A stretch of 62,931 nucleotides of DNA, the filler included, from Rhabdomonas costata (lineage: Eukaryota), in NCBI GenBank assembly GCA_019059605.1. It is 25 parts of 25 records of this genome, joined end to end, with 100 filler letters (N's around TTAATTAATTAA, not from the genome) between each part and the next. Parts side by side here need not be neighbours in the genome. Positions count along the whole stretch, not along the records: positions 40,349 to 42,768 come from JAHMHO010003501.1; positions 42,869 to 45,281 come from JAHMHO010003502.1; positions 45,382 to 47,801 come from JAHMHO010003503.1; positions 47,902 to 50,323 come from JAHMHO010003504.1; positions 50,424 to 52,852 come from JAHMHO010003505.1; positions 52,953 to 55,373 come from JAHMHO010003506.1; 19 more parts are not named here. One strand, 5' to 3'. Below are positions 41,044-54,350 of this stretch, piece after piece; the first letter of the stretch is position 1; each line of letters begins with the position of its first letter. The position numbers and the translations under genes were made by a program. Below the pieces are notes generated by a model. The model was not told the DNA's origin, searched no databases, and worked only from the letters and a program-made list of their open reading frames with translations.

Positions 41044-41773
41044 GCCGCAAGGACGCGGAGGCGGAGCGAGCGAAGAAGTATGAGAAGCAGCAGAACCAAT
41101 TGAAGACGTGGAAATCCCAAGGGCTGTCCAACAAGCAGATCGAGGAACGCCTGAAGACCTTCGCGCAGCGCGAGGGGGTCACCCTGGCGGACTTCAAGCT
41201 GGAGAAGCACTACGCATACGTTGTGAAGTTCCCGTTCACGGACCCCCCGGAGCTGCGGGATAACTACATCTGCAAGTTGGACGATGTGGAGTTCCACTAC
41301 CCCAATGGTTTGCGTTGCACGATTTTAACTGGAGCACGTCCGCAACTCTGAAATGCCTTCTAGGCAATCATCAGATGCATTGAACTTTGAAAAATAAATT
41401 GTTTGGGATTGACTGAGATAAGACTTGAACTGTTCACATTGAATTGGTCGCTGATGTTGAAGTTTGCATTGACCTTTGAGATTTTTTTCTTCCGTAAAAA
41501 CCGTCGTCGTGGTGCCGTTGTGGACTTCGAGTTGATGGCGCAGCTCGTGCTAGAGAATCCCGGATTGGGAGAATATTCGGTGAAGGAAGTGGCGGGGCAG
41601 ATGGGGAGGGTCGTGATTTACCTCCCCTGTTTGCCTCGGAGGGGTCCAAAAGGCACAGGGTCCTTTCCTCTGGTCTGCACACGCAAAAAGGTCCGACGCT
41701 GTTCCGGGACTTGAACCTGGCCATCTGGACGGACTCTCGGATCACTCTGGTGGGTCCCAACGGCACGGGCAAG
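41044..41773 (+). CDS. ABC-F family ATPase (ABCF1-like), inter-ABC linker and start of second ABC domain; partial
   Basis: Exons 41044-41307 and 41691-41773: KKYEKQQNQL..YVVKFPFTDPP..LDDVEFHYPNG|PTLFRDLNLAI..SRITLVGPNGTGK (Walker A). Confidence 0.9.
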
Positions 41774-44700
41774 GTTGCGTTTTTTTTCACGGCACACGTG
41801 GGGTAAACGCATGTGCAAGCAGTCGTCGAACTCTGTTCACCAGGATGCTCCTCATCCCTCGGGTTCCGATTTTTGGTGATCCCCCCCCCCTTTTTTTCCC
41901 ATTTTTTTTCCAAATGGCGTCCCATCATTGGGGTGGCGTCTCCCTCCGGGTCGCTCTATTTTTTTCTTTTGTTTTCGCCGCTGCTGAGCTGCTCGGCTGG
42001 ACTGAGAGTACCCCAGCCGAGCACGCCCACTGTTTACAAAGGGAGAGGAAAGGGGTGCAGGGAGCAGGGTACCAGCCCGCACTCCCCCCTCAGAAATGTA
42101 AAGGTGTGCATCCATTTAGAGGGAAACACATGCACCTATTGTTATTTCCGTCCGCTTCTTCCCCGTTTTCCCCCGTCCACTGGGGTTCAGTAAAGTTTTA
42201 AGGTTGTTAGAGTGCGATGCACGTCCCCTAGAACAGCATCCAGAATTGGGACGGGGAGCACAGCGGACTTCCGTGACTTGCCCCAGAAGGGCGATGAACG
42301 TTTTCCAGGAGACTGAAGTTCAAATTGATTGAATTATTGAATTATTTCAGTCAGCCACAGCCGCCGCGGCGTGGGTGCCCTTGAGCATTTTTGCTTGCGG
42401 CTGCGGAATCTTGCTGGCTCGATGGTGCCCACTATCTTTATGGATAGTGCTCACCATCGAGCTTCCCCGATAGTGGGGGGAGGTGCAAGCAGATTAACCT
42501 CCCTCCCACTCCGTCCCGCTTCCGTTGAAAGGAGCGTGGCTCGTGGGGATTACATGATGAAGCATTTTCATTTTGAGGCACTTAGAAGCATATTCTTCGG
42601 GGTTTGCGAACCACCAGCATAAGCCGATAAACACACATACGCCAACAGCAACAAATGTTTCGGCAGTTTTCAAGTGCATTCCCGAACGCACGATCATACA
42701 CACATACATACAGTCGATTATGAAACAACTCATAGGGGACTAAATTACTGCTGAATGGAAAAAAAACANNNNNNNNNNNNNNNNNNNNNNNNNNNNNNNN
42801 NNNNNNNNNNNNTTAATTAATTAANNNNNNNNNNNNNNNNNNNNNNNNNNNNNNNNNNNNNNNNNNNNGTGTATTTGTAACCCGTTCGGTCATTTCAAAT
42901 CGGCAATTGGACCAGTCTTGCAACTTTCCTGGTTTTGCGCCGCTTCTTCTCAGCCGTTTATTCGTTTTTACACGCGCTACGCGATACACGCTGTGCTGAA
43001 ACTTTTTTCAAATGCAAGTCAAAAAACTCAAATGTTGGGGTTGATAAACAGAAAGGTCATTTTGAATGTGTTATGGCGCGGGACCATTCCAAAAACATTT
43101 TCCCAAAACGCTACTGTGTCCCAACAGCTTCACCAACATCTGAATGGGAGCATGTGCCCTGGTTCCTGTGTTTACCCCGACGGGATCCAGTTACCACGGG
43201 AGTGCCTTTCTTCCGAGGATGCGAGACTTCTGATGTTGTGGCAGTTGTTGACAGAACAGTTGGATACTTTATGTTCGCTTCTGGGGCGGGGTACCAGCTG
43301 CCCAACCTCAACTCCAGCGCGATCTTAACAACGCTGCCACCAGCGCTGCGGCGCCGCACCTCTGAACCGACTAGTGCTGCCAGGTGTGCGGTCTGTGGTG
43401 TTGTGCGATGACATGCAGCAGTACTCTGTTATGAGGCGGTGTGAGTTCGCCATATCGGTGGCCTTCCATAGGGAAATCCATTCCTTGGGAAGTTCATGGC
43501 TCGAAGGAGCGGGGTGCGAAAAGTGAGCATTTGGGTTCGTTAATCGATTATTTTGCGGGTGTTTTGATTCTTTTCTCACCTTTTCATCAACTTCACAACA
43601 ACACCGATCGTGTGACACCCCACCCCACCCCCCAACACACGGAGCCATGCGGCACTGGAAAAAACCGTCCCCGATTGTCTTGCGACACATTTCTGACCCA
43701 CATTGCTTTTTGTGGACACGGTGTGGCGGGCTGAAGGTTATTGTGCGCGGAATGCCTCAGTTGTGCAAGCATTGTAGTTGTACCGCTTTTATTTTTGTTT
43801 CGCTGGGATTTTTGCACTATGCGCAGTCCTGCTGAGCCTCAGTCCCTTGATCGGTCCCAGGTATGCTGCCCCGCGCATTCCATCTCGCTTCCTCATCCTC
43901 CGGTTTCGGGTGGCCGCGATATTGTCTCGCACTTTTGCTGTGGGTCTAAGTTTAGATAAAAATGTGAGGGATGGGCTTTTGTCGGGCACGAACGAACGAA
44001 TGAACTGCAGCTTCGATGCACTTGGACCCTCCCATCTCAGAGAAAACGGCTGCAACGACATAGGAATTAGGCAGGTGGCAGTCATAAAAGACTTTTTTAG
44101 CGTCGTGTTGACTTAATTCAGTACTTCTTGTTGGCATTGTTAGCCTTCGCCAGTTGGTCACACACGATCTCGTGGATGTTGTTATTGGCAGGGGAATTTT
44201 CGCCGTTTTTTCAGGGACTATTTGGACAGTCTCCACTCTCGGCTGGGAGTAACAAGGAAGCCAAGCTTGTATCTTGCCCCTCCTCCCCCCTCCTTCTCCA
44301 GCCTGTCCCATCCTTTTGTGTGCTATTCGTAAGTGAATGCGCGCGCGCGCGCGAGAGAGAGTGTGTGTGTGTGTGATGGAGTGAGTGATTGAGCGAGTGA
44401 TTGAGTGAGTTACTGAAGGAGTGTGTGTGTGTGTGTGTGACCCATTTCACCTTGCGAGGCCATTGTGTCGCGGCCACCATTGCGAGCCCTGAAACGCCAC
44501 GCTTCGTTGTGTGTGTGGGGATGCACCACAGATGATGTCTTCGGGCTCATGCTCTGCCATTCTCTCCTCCTTGCCACGAAGCCTGTCGAAGAGCCAGCGC
44601 CACACGCCGATGGTGGTGGCGTTCCCTCCCGAAGACAGGTATCCGCAGCTTTCCAGACAGAAGCGATGCTCTGGCCTGTATGGTTTGAGGCAGAGTCCTA

Positions 44701-46232
44701 TAATGGCCCGGGTCACGTCAAAAGTGAGATTTGGAGCAAAAGCAGATCTAGACTGTCAAAGATTAACACTCCACCTCTAAGCCCGGTTTTTGAGTGCCTG
44801 CAGTAAGGCACAAGGAGCGCACACTTGGCAAAGCTTGCTGGGCACACCTGCCGGTGAGGCATACTTTAGGCTGCTGCCGCACACCGTTTCATGCAATGTG
44901 ACGGAATTGGCCGTTTTAGCGAAATTTTAGCTCTGTAAGCCAGAAAGTGCTTGTTTGCAGCTTCTGGCGAAAAGAAGCGGCCCAAAGGGCACTGGAGCAT
45001 TGCTATTCACAGCAAGGGCACCGTCTTCGGCGCACTTATGTTTTCAACCAACACTATCGCCCATAAGGCGAAACGCTTCCATGTGACAACACTTCTGAAA
45101 CTCTCTCTTTTGTTCGTACAGCACCACTGGAGCTCAGCCGACAGGCCGGGTATGATGCTGCCGCAGACTTTTGCGTTTGCCGGACTTGTTTGTTTCTTTT
45201 ATTTCTTTTTGGTGTTCCTGCAGCTCGTTCCCCACATCGTAGCGCATTCATGTTGTTCATCTCGGCTATACCCCACCACCCNNNNNNNNNNNNNNNNNNN
45301 NNNNNNNNNNNNNNNNNNNNNNNNNTTAATTAATTAANNNNNNNNNNNNNNNNNNNNNNNNNNNNNNNNNNNNNNNNNNNNTTTTTGCCCCCCCCCCCGC
45401 TATCGTGCGCGCCATGGAGATATGGAGATGGGCGGTCTCGGAGCTGTGCTTCGTCACTGCAGAGCTCCAGGACATCATGAAGTGTCAACATGAGCAATGA
45501 AAACAGAAGCCTTAAAAAAAGGAACACTGCCAAACGTTTGAACACCCCTCACTTTCTGAAGGTGAGCAAGAGATAAGCGGTATACGTTTTTGCAAAAACA
45601 CCACGACAACCTGCGGGGAAAGAGCTCTGGCCAGCTCCCGGGGTTGGGGCGACTGGGCTATCACCCTTCTTTCCCTGGGCAGCAAACGAGCGCGACGCAG
45701 CGCGAAAAAAGATTGCGAGCACAGGAGGCATCGATGCAAAAAAAAAAAAAGACGATGTGCTCCTTAAACCGATGTTCCATCTCGAGTTCCCACTGAAATG
45801 CACTTGAAAAAAGTTGGAGAAGCCACAGGTGTTGGTGTGAGTGCCATAACACACAACGGCACAACTAGAAATAACATTTCAAAACAAAAAATGGCGTAAG
45901 GCAACACTATACGTGAGTAACGGTTCCATGCGTATGACAGCAAACAGCACCGTTTGCGTTCGCAGGACAGGTGTTAGTCTCGCGGAGGAAGGGGCAATCA
46001 AGTGAAAGGATGATGCACACCCGACGAGAAGTGGGTCTGAGGAGGGGTGGGAGGTGCAAGCCATTCATCCATTTGATGTTTCTAAAGTTCAATTCAATTT
46101 CAAATTCAATTCAGCATCCAACCCTGTGTTCCCGTGGCAAAGAAGCCGGGGCATAATTGGATACTGGAAAGCAAAGAACGACAAGGCCGGCTCCAAGCCG
46201 AACGGTTTGTAGGCAACCTTCTTTCCTCGCAC

Positions 46233-47323
46233 CCGAAGAAGAATATCGGTGATCTCCTGCACGGAGAACTGCAGCGCATTGTAGACCTCAGGGCTGCAGC
46301 GGTTCTTCACCGCACCCAGCTCACCCCGGGGCATCGTCGCCACCTCTACCCGAGAGCCCTGAAACATGGCCACGGGCAGCTGAGGGGGGTCGGGTTCAAA
46401 GTCGAAAGATGCAAAACGAAAAAATAAACAGAGTCCATTAATGGTATGACTGTAGAGACACCATGCGGATCTCCGGCCAGCTCATCAGCTCCCGCCTTAA
46501 AGCCACCAACTCTACCAGGGCCGCTGACAGGAAACTCACCAATAGGGAATCCAATCCCCATCGTGCCAGACCGCCAAAGTTGCATTGGAGGTAAGCTTAC
46601 ACTCAACCACTCAACCACTGCCCGGGACACCGGTGAAGGTTGTGCAGCAGCCTCCTTGCATTCGAGTGCTCGAGAGGGTTGCAGCGAAGCCGAAAATGCG
46701 CCGACGGTGGTAATGGATGGTGGCATTTCGGACCGAGAGGCAATGGGTTCCGGCGATGTGGAGCCCCATGGCAACCCTGCGGTGTCCCGCGTGTTCAGCT
46801 AGTGCTGATCTCCCTTTTGGAGGGGCTAGCAGCGAAAACTCGGAAGGTACTTTAGAGGACAGCGAGCAAAGCAGAAAACCGAACTTCGGTGCGGTAGGTC
46901 GGCCTTAAGGTGGCCCAGCTTTTCGGGATGGAAACCCCGCACTTTCTGAGAAGCTGACGGAGCAGTTGGGGTGCTACGTTTCCGGCGTCGCGCAGTGGGT
47001 TACCCTCCGAGAGAAGTTCGGCACGAGACCCGTTCCAGTTTTCTGGAAGCAGGCGGTGCTGGCAGGTCCTGAGCTCAGTCAACTGGCCCTGCGTTTTCAC
47101 CCGGTTGGTTTGGTGCCTGACGAAGGTTTGCTGTTATTCTGTTTTATTTTCGCCTAAGCAAAAAAAAGGAAACCTTTCTCTCCAGTTATTCATGAGACTA
47201 GGTCAGGAGTACACCGAGGGGGGGGGGCGAGGATGCCACACGTGGTGCGAGTAAACGTCCAAGATAAACTGATCTTCCACTTCGCTGAGCAGGAGCTTGA
47301 GCTCATGGGGGTGCAGGGGCCGG
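46233..47323 (-). CDS. Two exons of an unknown protein
   Basis: Exons 47323-47242 (RPLHPHELKLLLSEVEDQFILDVYSHH) and 46379-46233 (LPVAMFQGSRVEV..ITDILLR), GT-AG and phase 0. Confidence 0.5.
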
Positions 47324-47901
47324 CTGTCAGAACCTGCGCCTGCACCGCACAAAACCCACACCACATGCAAAGGCCAAACCCAGGATACAGCTTCTATGTC
47401 CCGGGCAAAGAAAAGGACATTGCGTAAACGAGAAGAAAATTTAAGCAACCAGAAATCGATTATCAGAAAATCTTCGATTTGCATTGCAAAAAAGCTGGAC
47501 GGCACTTTTTGAAAATGTTCCGATGAAAGAAGGGCAGGATCAAGCGATTCGTCCTATTGGCGCGCGAAGAGGACCAATGGCGGAGCGTATTTTATATGTA
47601 AATTTCGGCTCCGGGCAACGGTAAGGATATGAAAGTTTTCTGAAAGTTTTGAAGCAGGCCTGGGTTCTTTTTTGTGTACAGCAGGCCTCCCGAAAGGGCT
47701 TCTTTGCTTTGTTGTCTGGGCGTACCAGTGCCCAGACTATTTAGAGCCGAAAAAAGGGTAGCTCTTCAGAAGGACAGACCCCCCCACCCCAACACGGACC
47801 ANNNNNNNNNNNNNNNNNNNNNNNNNNNNNNNNNNNNNNNNNNNNTTAATTAATTAANNNNNNNNNNNNNNNNNNNNNNNNNNNNNNNNNNNNNNNNNNN
47901 N

Positions 47902-48556
47902 GGTTGTGGGTAAGGGCCATTACTCTGACTGGAGCCCGGCACAGGGTATATGGACATGCTGGACCGCTTTGTGGTCCCTTCTTTGGGCCGCAAGCATATC
48001 TCACGGCGCCTGCTCTGGTTTCAGCAAGACAGCGCCCCACCTCACCCTTCCCGTGAGGTGCTGGCGCGGCTTCAAAAGCTGATTCCCAATGAAGTCCTTT
48101 CCAATGAGTGCGGTTCCGTTGCCACCTCGGTCATCCGATCTCACCCAAGCTGACTTTTTCCTTTGGGGACACCTTAAGGCCCGCGTGAACACACCACACC
48201 GCTCTCTGCGGCAACTGCGAGGCAGGGTCTCCTCCGCCGTCCGGAGCATCCCGAGCTCGACCATTTGTGCGGCCATCAACAACTTCTTGGTCCGTTGAAG
48301 AATGTGCTTGACACCCGAGGACGCCAGTACTGCAGAGAAATGACACCCAACATAATACGTAAGTGCCAACTCGTGCACGGTGTTTGTCACAGTATGTTCA
48401 TTGCACCACAAGTGCACCGCATGCATGGGAGGCCAGTCCTGCACCCATCAAAATGGCATTATTAGCGCTACAGCCACCCACCATGTGCTCCCACCAAAAA
48501 CACGTCCCTGTGGTTCCAAAGACCGACATTGTAAAGAAATTTGTGGGACATCTGTA
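47902..48556 (+). mobile_element. Decayed IS630-Tc1-mariner DNA transposon (DD40/41D, rosa-like), 3' half with probable right TIR and TA
   Basis: YMDML..WFQQDSAPPH..(frameshift)..PPRSSDLTQADFFLWGHLKARV. 121 nt separate the second and third Asp codons. The terminus ..TTTGTGGGACATCTG|TA resembles the TA|CAGGGTGTCCCA-type end. Confidence 0.85.
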
Positions 48557-49132
48557 CTTCCACAGGGCTAAGCACTGAGCCTGGATGCAATCGATCACGT
48601 TGAATTCGCACACATACTCTCTGTCTCGATTTGTGTCTCTCTGTCTCTCTCTGTCTTTCATTGTGCGGGCCGCTCCCGCCAATGCTCCGTCGTGTTGGGG
48701 GAGAGGGAGCTGAAACCGTCACTTCAGGGTCTGATGGAAGCAGCCTCTGGAAGCAACGTCAGCAGCAACTTCTCGGCAGCTGTCGCCTATTCAGTCTGCT
48801 TTGTACCAATTCTCTATCGTGGACGGGAGCACATGTTTTTCCCGGACCTGTGTTGTTTGGTCTTCCTGAGTTGGGTTCAACCAGTTTTTTTTTAAAGAAA
48901 TATATCCCTCATGTCAGCATTTCGGCTTTTAGGGTGCCTCCTAATGTTGACGCTAGTCCGCTAGTCCGCCTGATTCTTCCGCCTTCATTTATCCGTTTTT
49001 TCAGGAGGATCTGGAGTACTACGCCACCATTTTCAACGCGATGGAGCCCAACAACCCGTTCTACAGAGTCCCCTCTGCTGAGACTTGGGGTCGGTGGAGG
49101 GAGCGCGTGGAGGCAGCGAGAAAGAAAATGAC

Positions 49133-49307
49133 CTCAGGCCCCAGCTGGGCCCTCTGCCTTTGCCGCAGCAGCTCCTCCCGGGTGTCGTAAGAGGGGATCT
49201 CCAGGCTGAGGTCCATGAACCGCTCCACAACGCAGGACAGCCCGAGGCACCGGTCGCACCGCACCTGCGACAGCAGCGTGCCCTGGAACACATCTGAGGC
49301 GAGGCCC
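49133..49307 (-). CDS. Ubiquitin-specific protease (USP/C19) exon
   Basis: ag|..SDVFQGTLLSQVRCDRC..VERFMDLSLEIP..|gt matches the conserved USP F.G.L.S...C..C...E.F.DLSL.IP box. Confidence 0.88.
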
Positions 49308-50964
49308 CTGAAAAAAAGAGAGCAATGGCAGTACTTTTTTTCTTCCGATTGCTCTCTCATTCTGCCTGCAAATATTGAGAGAGAGAGAGACATGTTGGGT
49401 GTGCCGTCCCACGCAACTACCGGTCCTACAGGTAATATGTTACCGGTTTCTGCGATTGAGGGTGCTCCGACAAAGACGCACTTCACAGAATGAATCGCAT
49501 ATGCATTGCGCCCGTCCCAACGTCGTGTATATGCATCATGCGTGGGAGTGTGGGAGAGAGTGTGTGTTGGGCACATTGCGCGCTCGCTGTTGCATGGTTG
49601 CCTGGTTGCTTGGTTGTTGGTGACCACTGGGGACTGACTGGCGCACGCGCTGTTGGCCATGGGTGCTCGCCAGAGGTGGAGCGTTGGAGCGAACGGTGCC
49701 GTGGGGAACCGAAACCGGCTCACCGCCGAACGTTCCACATCTGGTACACTCCCTTCTGCCCCACGAGTCCCGGGCTTTCGTTGCGCAGCTGCTCTTTTCC
49801 AGCAGCTACCTGCATTGCTCCATTGCTGCTCAGGTCTCTGCGACTCCACCCTTCTTCCTTGGGGGGCTGGGGGCCTTTTCTCGCGGGAACAACCCTTGGA
49901 GCTTTTCTTTCGGATGGGTGAACGGGCAGCACCGGTAATTACAGTCGTTGCCGTGCCAGCAGATCACTCTATACTTGCGTTGCAGGCTGTTCCTGTCCTC
50001 TTCCGCTGAGCCTCCGGTACCTCGAGGTTGCCTCACTGACTGTTTGCCGTGGTACGTCAGCGCGTACTGTCGATTCCCATTGAAGGTAGCATAAGGGATT
50101 GCATCAGCTCTGATTTGTTGCGATGCTCAATGGTCCGTTTGCACCTGCGCACTGGGTCCGTCTCTACGCGGGTTCGTTCTAGGTGCTCCTCCATCGAGTG
50201 CATAAGGGACACCGTTGGAACTTGCATGCCATCCCGTGCCAGCATCGCACTCCTGGGGCAAGCGTGCTCGTCTTCCACCCTCTTTCGGCTGCGGCTTTCA
50301 CGTCTCACCACCCGGTAGTCTCGNNNNNNNNNNNNNNNNNNNNNNNNNNNNNNNNNNNNNNNNNNNNTTAATTAATTAANNNNNNNNNNNNNNNNNNNNN
50401 NNNNNNNNNNNNNNNNNNNNNNNGTGTTGGGTGTGGTTGGGTGTTGGTGTCGCTTGGTTTCCACGGCATCTGACCCACCTCTGCTTCACTTGCTGCGAAT
50501 CTGGTGGCGTCCATCGGGGTGACTTGTCGGGCCTCCCGTCTCCGCCAGGTTTCCCCTTTAACGTGCCCAGGGACGGCTTGCGTCGCATCCTGTGCTGTGG
50601 TCCACTCTCGCTGTCGTCGTTGGTGTCGCTGTCCTCGTCATCGTTGGTGAACCCGTGGGTTCTTGAACATCCCCTTCTGCTCACCCTGCTTCATTCCTCC
50701 ATGGCCATCCCATTTCTGCCCTTGCTTGTGATCTGCTGGGCTCTTTGTGGTTCTCCCTCTGCTCTGTTCTCCTTCTCTGCCTCCTTCCTCCATGGCCATC
50801 TCGTCCTCGTCCTCGATGGTGATTATCTGGACTCTCTGGATTTCTCTGCCCTCACTCTCACTCTCACTCTCTGCCTCGCTTCCTCCATGGACATCTCGTC
50901 CCCGTCCTCGTTGATGATCCACTGGGCTGTTTGTCGTCATTCCCCTTCTGTTCTCTCTCTCAGC

Positions 50965-50999
<35 letters not shown>

Positions 51000-51000
<1 letters not shown>

Positions 51001-52470
51001 AGCTCGTACACGCTGGCGCCCAGGGCGAAGATGTCGGCGTGCCTGAGGTGGGCCGCGGGGTCCTCGACAAGTTCTGCGCTGAGCAGGTACCTGCACAGGT
51101 ACCTCGTGTCCCCCTCGCTGTCCGGCAGCCCCGCGGTGAGGCGGCGGGCCTGTTCACAGAAAAAGACAAAAATATAATCATGCCGGAGACAAACCGACAG
51201 CATCAACTCCAAGACAAAATATAGCAGGCTACACCGTAAACTGAGAGATTTTAACCACGGCACACAACAGGATGCCGCGAAGGACTACCGGCATAAATAG
51301 AGGCTAAAAAGACTTCTGTTCGAAACGTCACATACTAAATTCTCAGTTTCGGGGTGTTACTAGTCTTATATGGCAACACAGAACAGGCAAGATTCCAACG
51401 GGGTGGGGGGCTGGCCCCCTTTTACTCAAAAACACCAGCACACACATACATATGAATTTTTTCTGGGGAGGACTCGAGGTCCACTTCCCCCCTGGGCTCC
51501 CACCTTTCGATGGGGCATGGGCCCATCGAGCCTCACACCCTTGTCGGCCCATGGTACTTTTGTCCCGCTGTCTTGTCTCGAAGGGTTGGCTTACCCCATG
51601 TGACCCCCGATCCACAGTGTACGCGGGGCCTTGGGAACCCCGACTGGCGCGTTTAGAGATCTCTTTCTGGGTACCCAGCCTTCCGTACACTCTCGTACAC
51701 TTTCCCTTGGGTCCGACTGCCCTTGTGGGTTCACACACACACACACACACACACTGAGCGGGGCCAGAACACAGACCACAGTCGATTATGTATCACAGAC
51801 TTTGTGCACTTGGTCAGGGTGACTTTTTCTGGGAAGCACACACATCAGCTGTTGGCATGCCGAGGGGGGGGGCGGTGCTGGTGTGCTGGTTAAGATGAAT
51901 TCCTCTTCGATACCCCAAGGATCCTGGACTCAAAAAAGCCCACAATAAAAATGGCCCGCAAAAGGACTTTGCAATGTAAGAAATTACTCAGGGAACAGGG
52001 CGAAGATAGGGGGAGATGTCGAAGTAAGCAGACGCAGGCGACCTCTGACGATTGGTGCCCAGAAAAAGAAAAGAGGAGGCTAGATGACTGTTTTTTTCTC
52101 ATTGAAAAGAAGTCCCCAAAAACAAAAAACAGATTGAGAAAAATCGTTAGAGTGTCGCTCCGTACCATGCCAAAGTCGGTGAGCAGGTAGGTCACTGGGC
52201 CACCCCACACGCTCCCTTTCCCTGATGTCGGGCCGGTGTACGCCAGGGCGGCAGTGGAGTGGTGGTGGGCGCCAGGTGCTGGGGGCTGGTGGAAGTGGTG
52301 ATGGTGGTGATGGTGTACCAGGACGTTCTCCATCTTTACGTCCAGGTGGGCAACGCCCAGCCCGTGGTGGAGGAAGGCCAGGGCGTGGCTGACCTGCTGC
52401 AGAAGGTCCAAGAGCTCGGCTTCAGACCACTGGTGGCTGCCCAGTGGGTGACAGTCGATCACGGAGCCCT
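51000..52470 (-). CDS. WEE1: Wee1/Myt1-family protein kinase; partial
   Basis: Exons 52470-52166 (ALAFLH..VAHLDVKMENVL..LTDFGM) and 51149-51000 (EGDTRYL..ADIFALGASVYEL). EGDxRY and non-RD HLD are Wee1 hallmarks. Confidence 0.85.
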
Positions 52471-54350
52471 CTGTGCGCGGGGCAAGGAAGATGAAGGTTT
52501 TTTTTCGTTTTCTCTGACGATTTCCCAGTGTTATCAAGTAAAAAGCAAGACGAAGGGGGGGGGGGGGGGGGGGGACGAAACTTAAGAAGCCCCACGAATG
52601 GAGCAACCTTCCCAGTTTTACCAGACGTAAAGCAAATGTTTGCAGGGCGGATTGGAGCGGACGCAAGGGAATAACAAAAGCTTAGGCCGCCGTGCGTATG
52701 ACCACCACACAGGATGACCCCCTTCTCCGGAACGCACTGTGGAGAACAACGAGTTCACAACCAGATCACCGTGCTGGAATTTTGGAGCACCTGAGGCCAT
52801 TCTGATGGTTGGCGCTCGACGTTCCACATCGGGAGTTTCCGAACCCCCCCCCNNNNNNNNNNNNNNNNNNNNNNNNNNNNNNNNNNNNNNNNNNNNTTAA
52901 TTAATTAANNNNNNNNNNNNNNNNNNNNNNNNNNNNNNNNNNNNNNNNNNNNTGTTGGTGGTATGCCTAATTCTTTGTGTGCGGGTTTGTGTGTGTGTGT
53001 GTGTGTGTGTGTTGGAGAAACCCAGGTGTCCTCCCTGCGCCGTCATAGCGAAGATGGTATGCTTCTGCACCGGCAGGGCCTCGATAGGCTGAGCCAGTGC
53101 CAGAGGGTCGTCTGTGAGAGGAGAATGTTTGGATGGAACTAGGCATTACATCGCGGCAAAGATTCGGGCAAACGTTCAATATGCAGGAGCTCAAGAATGA
53201 ACATCGAAGGGCGATGCAGGGTGGGCGAAGAAGGGCTACAGAACTGACAGCGAAATCCGGGCTGGGGTATTTTGAATTCCAGAAAGCGGCGGGGGGAAAG
53301 CTCTCCGGTGTGAGAATCCTTTAGACCCTTAAAACACTATCCCTCTTTTTCTTGCAGGTCATAAAGAGGGATTCTCGACCCCAAGGAAGGCTGCCACCAC
53401 AGAGGAGCCCATATCAAAGCAAGTCACCGGAGTCACTTGTTGAGCAGGTATTGTTCGAATCCAAAGTCTTCTGCTGCTTGGCTGAAAGCCTTTAAAAACT
53501 GGCGGCAACTTTTGCATTTTCCTGATTTGCTGTGACCATTTTCGGGGTGCGAATAACTCCTCCGGAAGAACAAAGACCCCGGAGAACCTTCAACTAACGC
53601 ACAGCACACAGGCACAGAAGCCTTGGGCATTGAGCAGTAGCAACGGCACGGCCACGGTGGGCAAGACGTGAGCACAGCTGGCCCTATTATAGTAGTCTTC
53701 CGCCCCGTTAAACCCGAACGCCTGAGAGGTGATGTTGTGGTCAAAGTCCCACACCGTCGCGCAGCTGAGAGCGAAACAGAAAAGACAGCAGCGGGAGCTG
53801 ATAATAAGTGGCTGTTGCTAAAAACGCTTGTGTGTCCAGAAGCCAAGAGGAATCAAATTAAATCAATTTGCCATTTGTTGCTAATTTAGGTTCCTGCAGC
53901 AGTTCCAGATCACGCTCGACCCCGAATGCGGGCTTTTCAGGGAAATCAGAAAAGCCTAAGCCCAGGGTGAACACCACGATCCAGAAGACTTGCCCCCCCC
54001 CCCTGATTTTGTGTTAATGGATTGGCATCCACTCAGGGAGATTGACTAGGGGGAGGTTTTTATCTGTTGGTCCAGCATGTTCAACGCACCTGGCGGCGTG
54101 CGAGGCACCGCACTGTCGCGCCCTGTACAACCCGGCTCGCGAACCCCCTTATACTCGCCCCCCACAGGTCAACTGTGCATGACTCGAACGCCAGAAAATC
54201 CGGAGGCGGGGTGGGGAATGGTAGATGAGCAGATGAGCTTAAGGAGACACAGCACAAAGGCGCTGCCAATTGTGAGAGCGTAGGCGGCAGTCCGCAACCA
54301 CTCGTCCCTTGCACAGGCTTAGAGCACAAGGGGGATGTGCGCCTGCCGAC

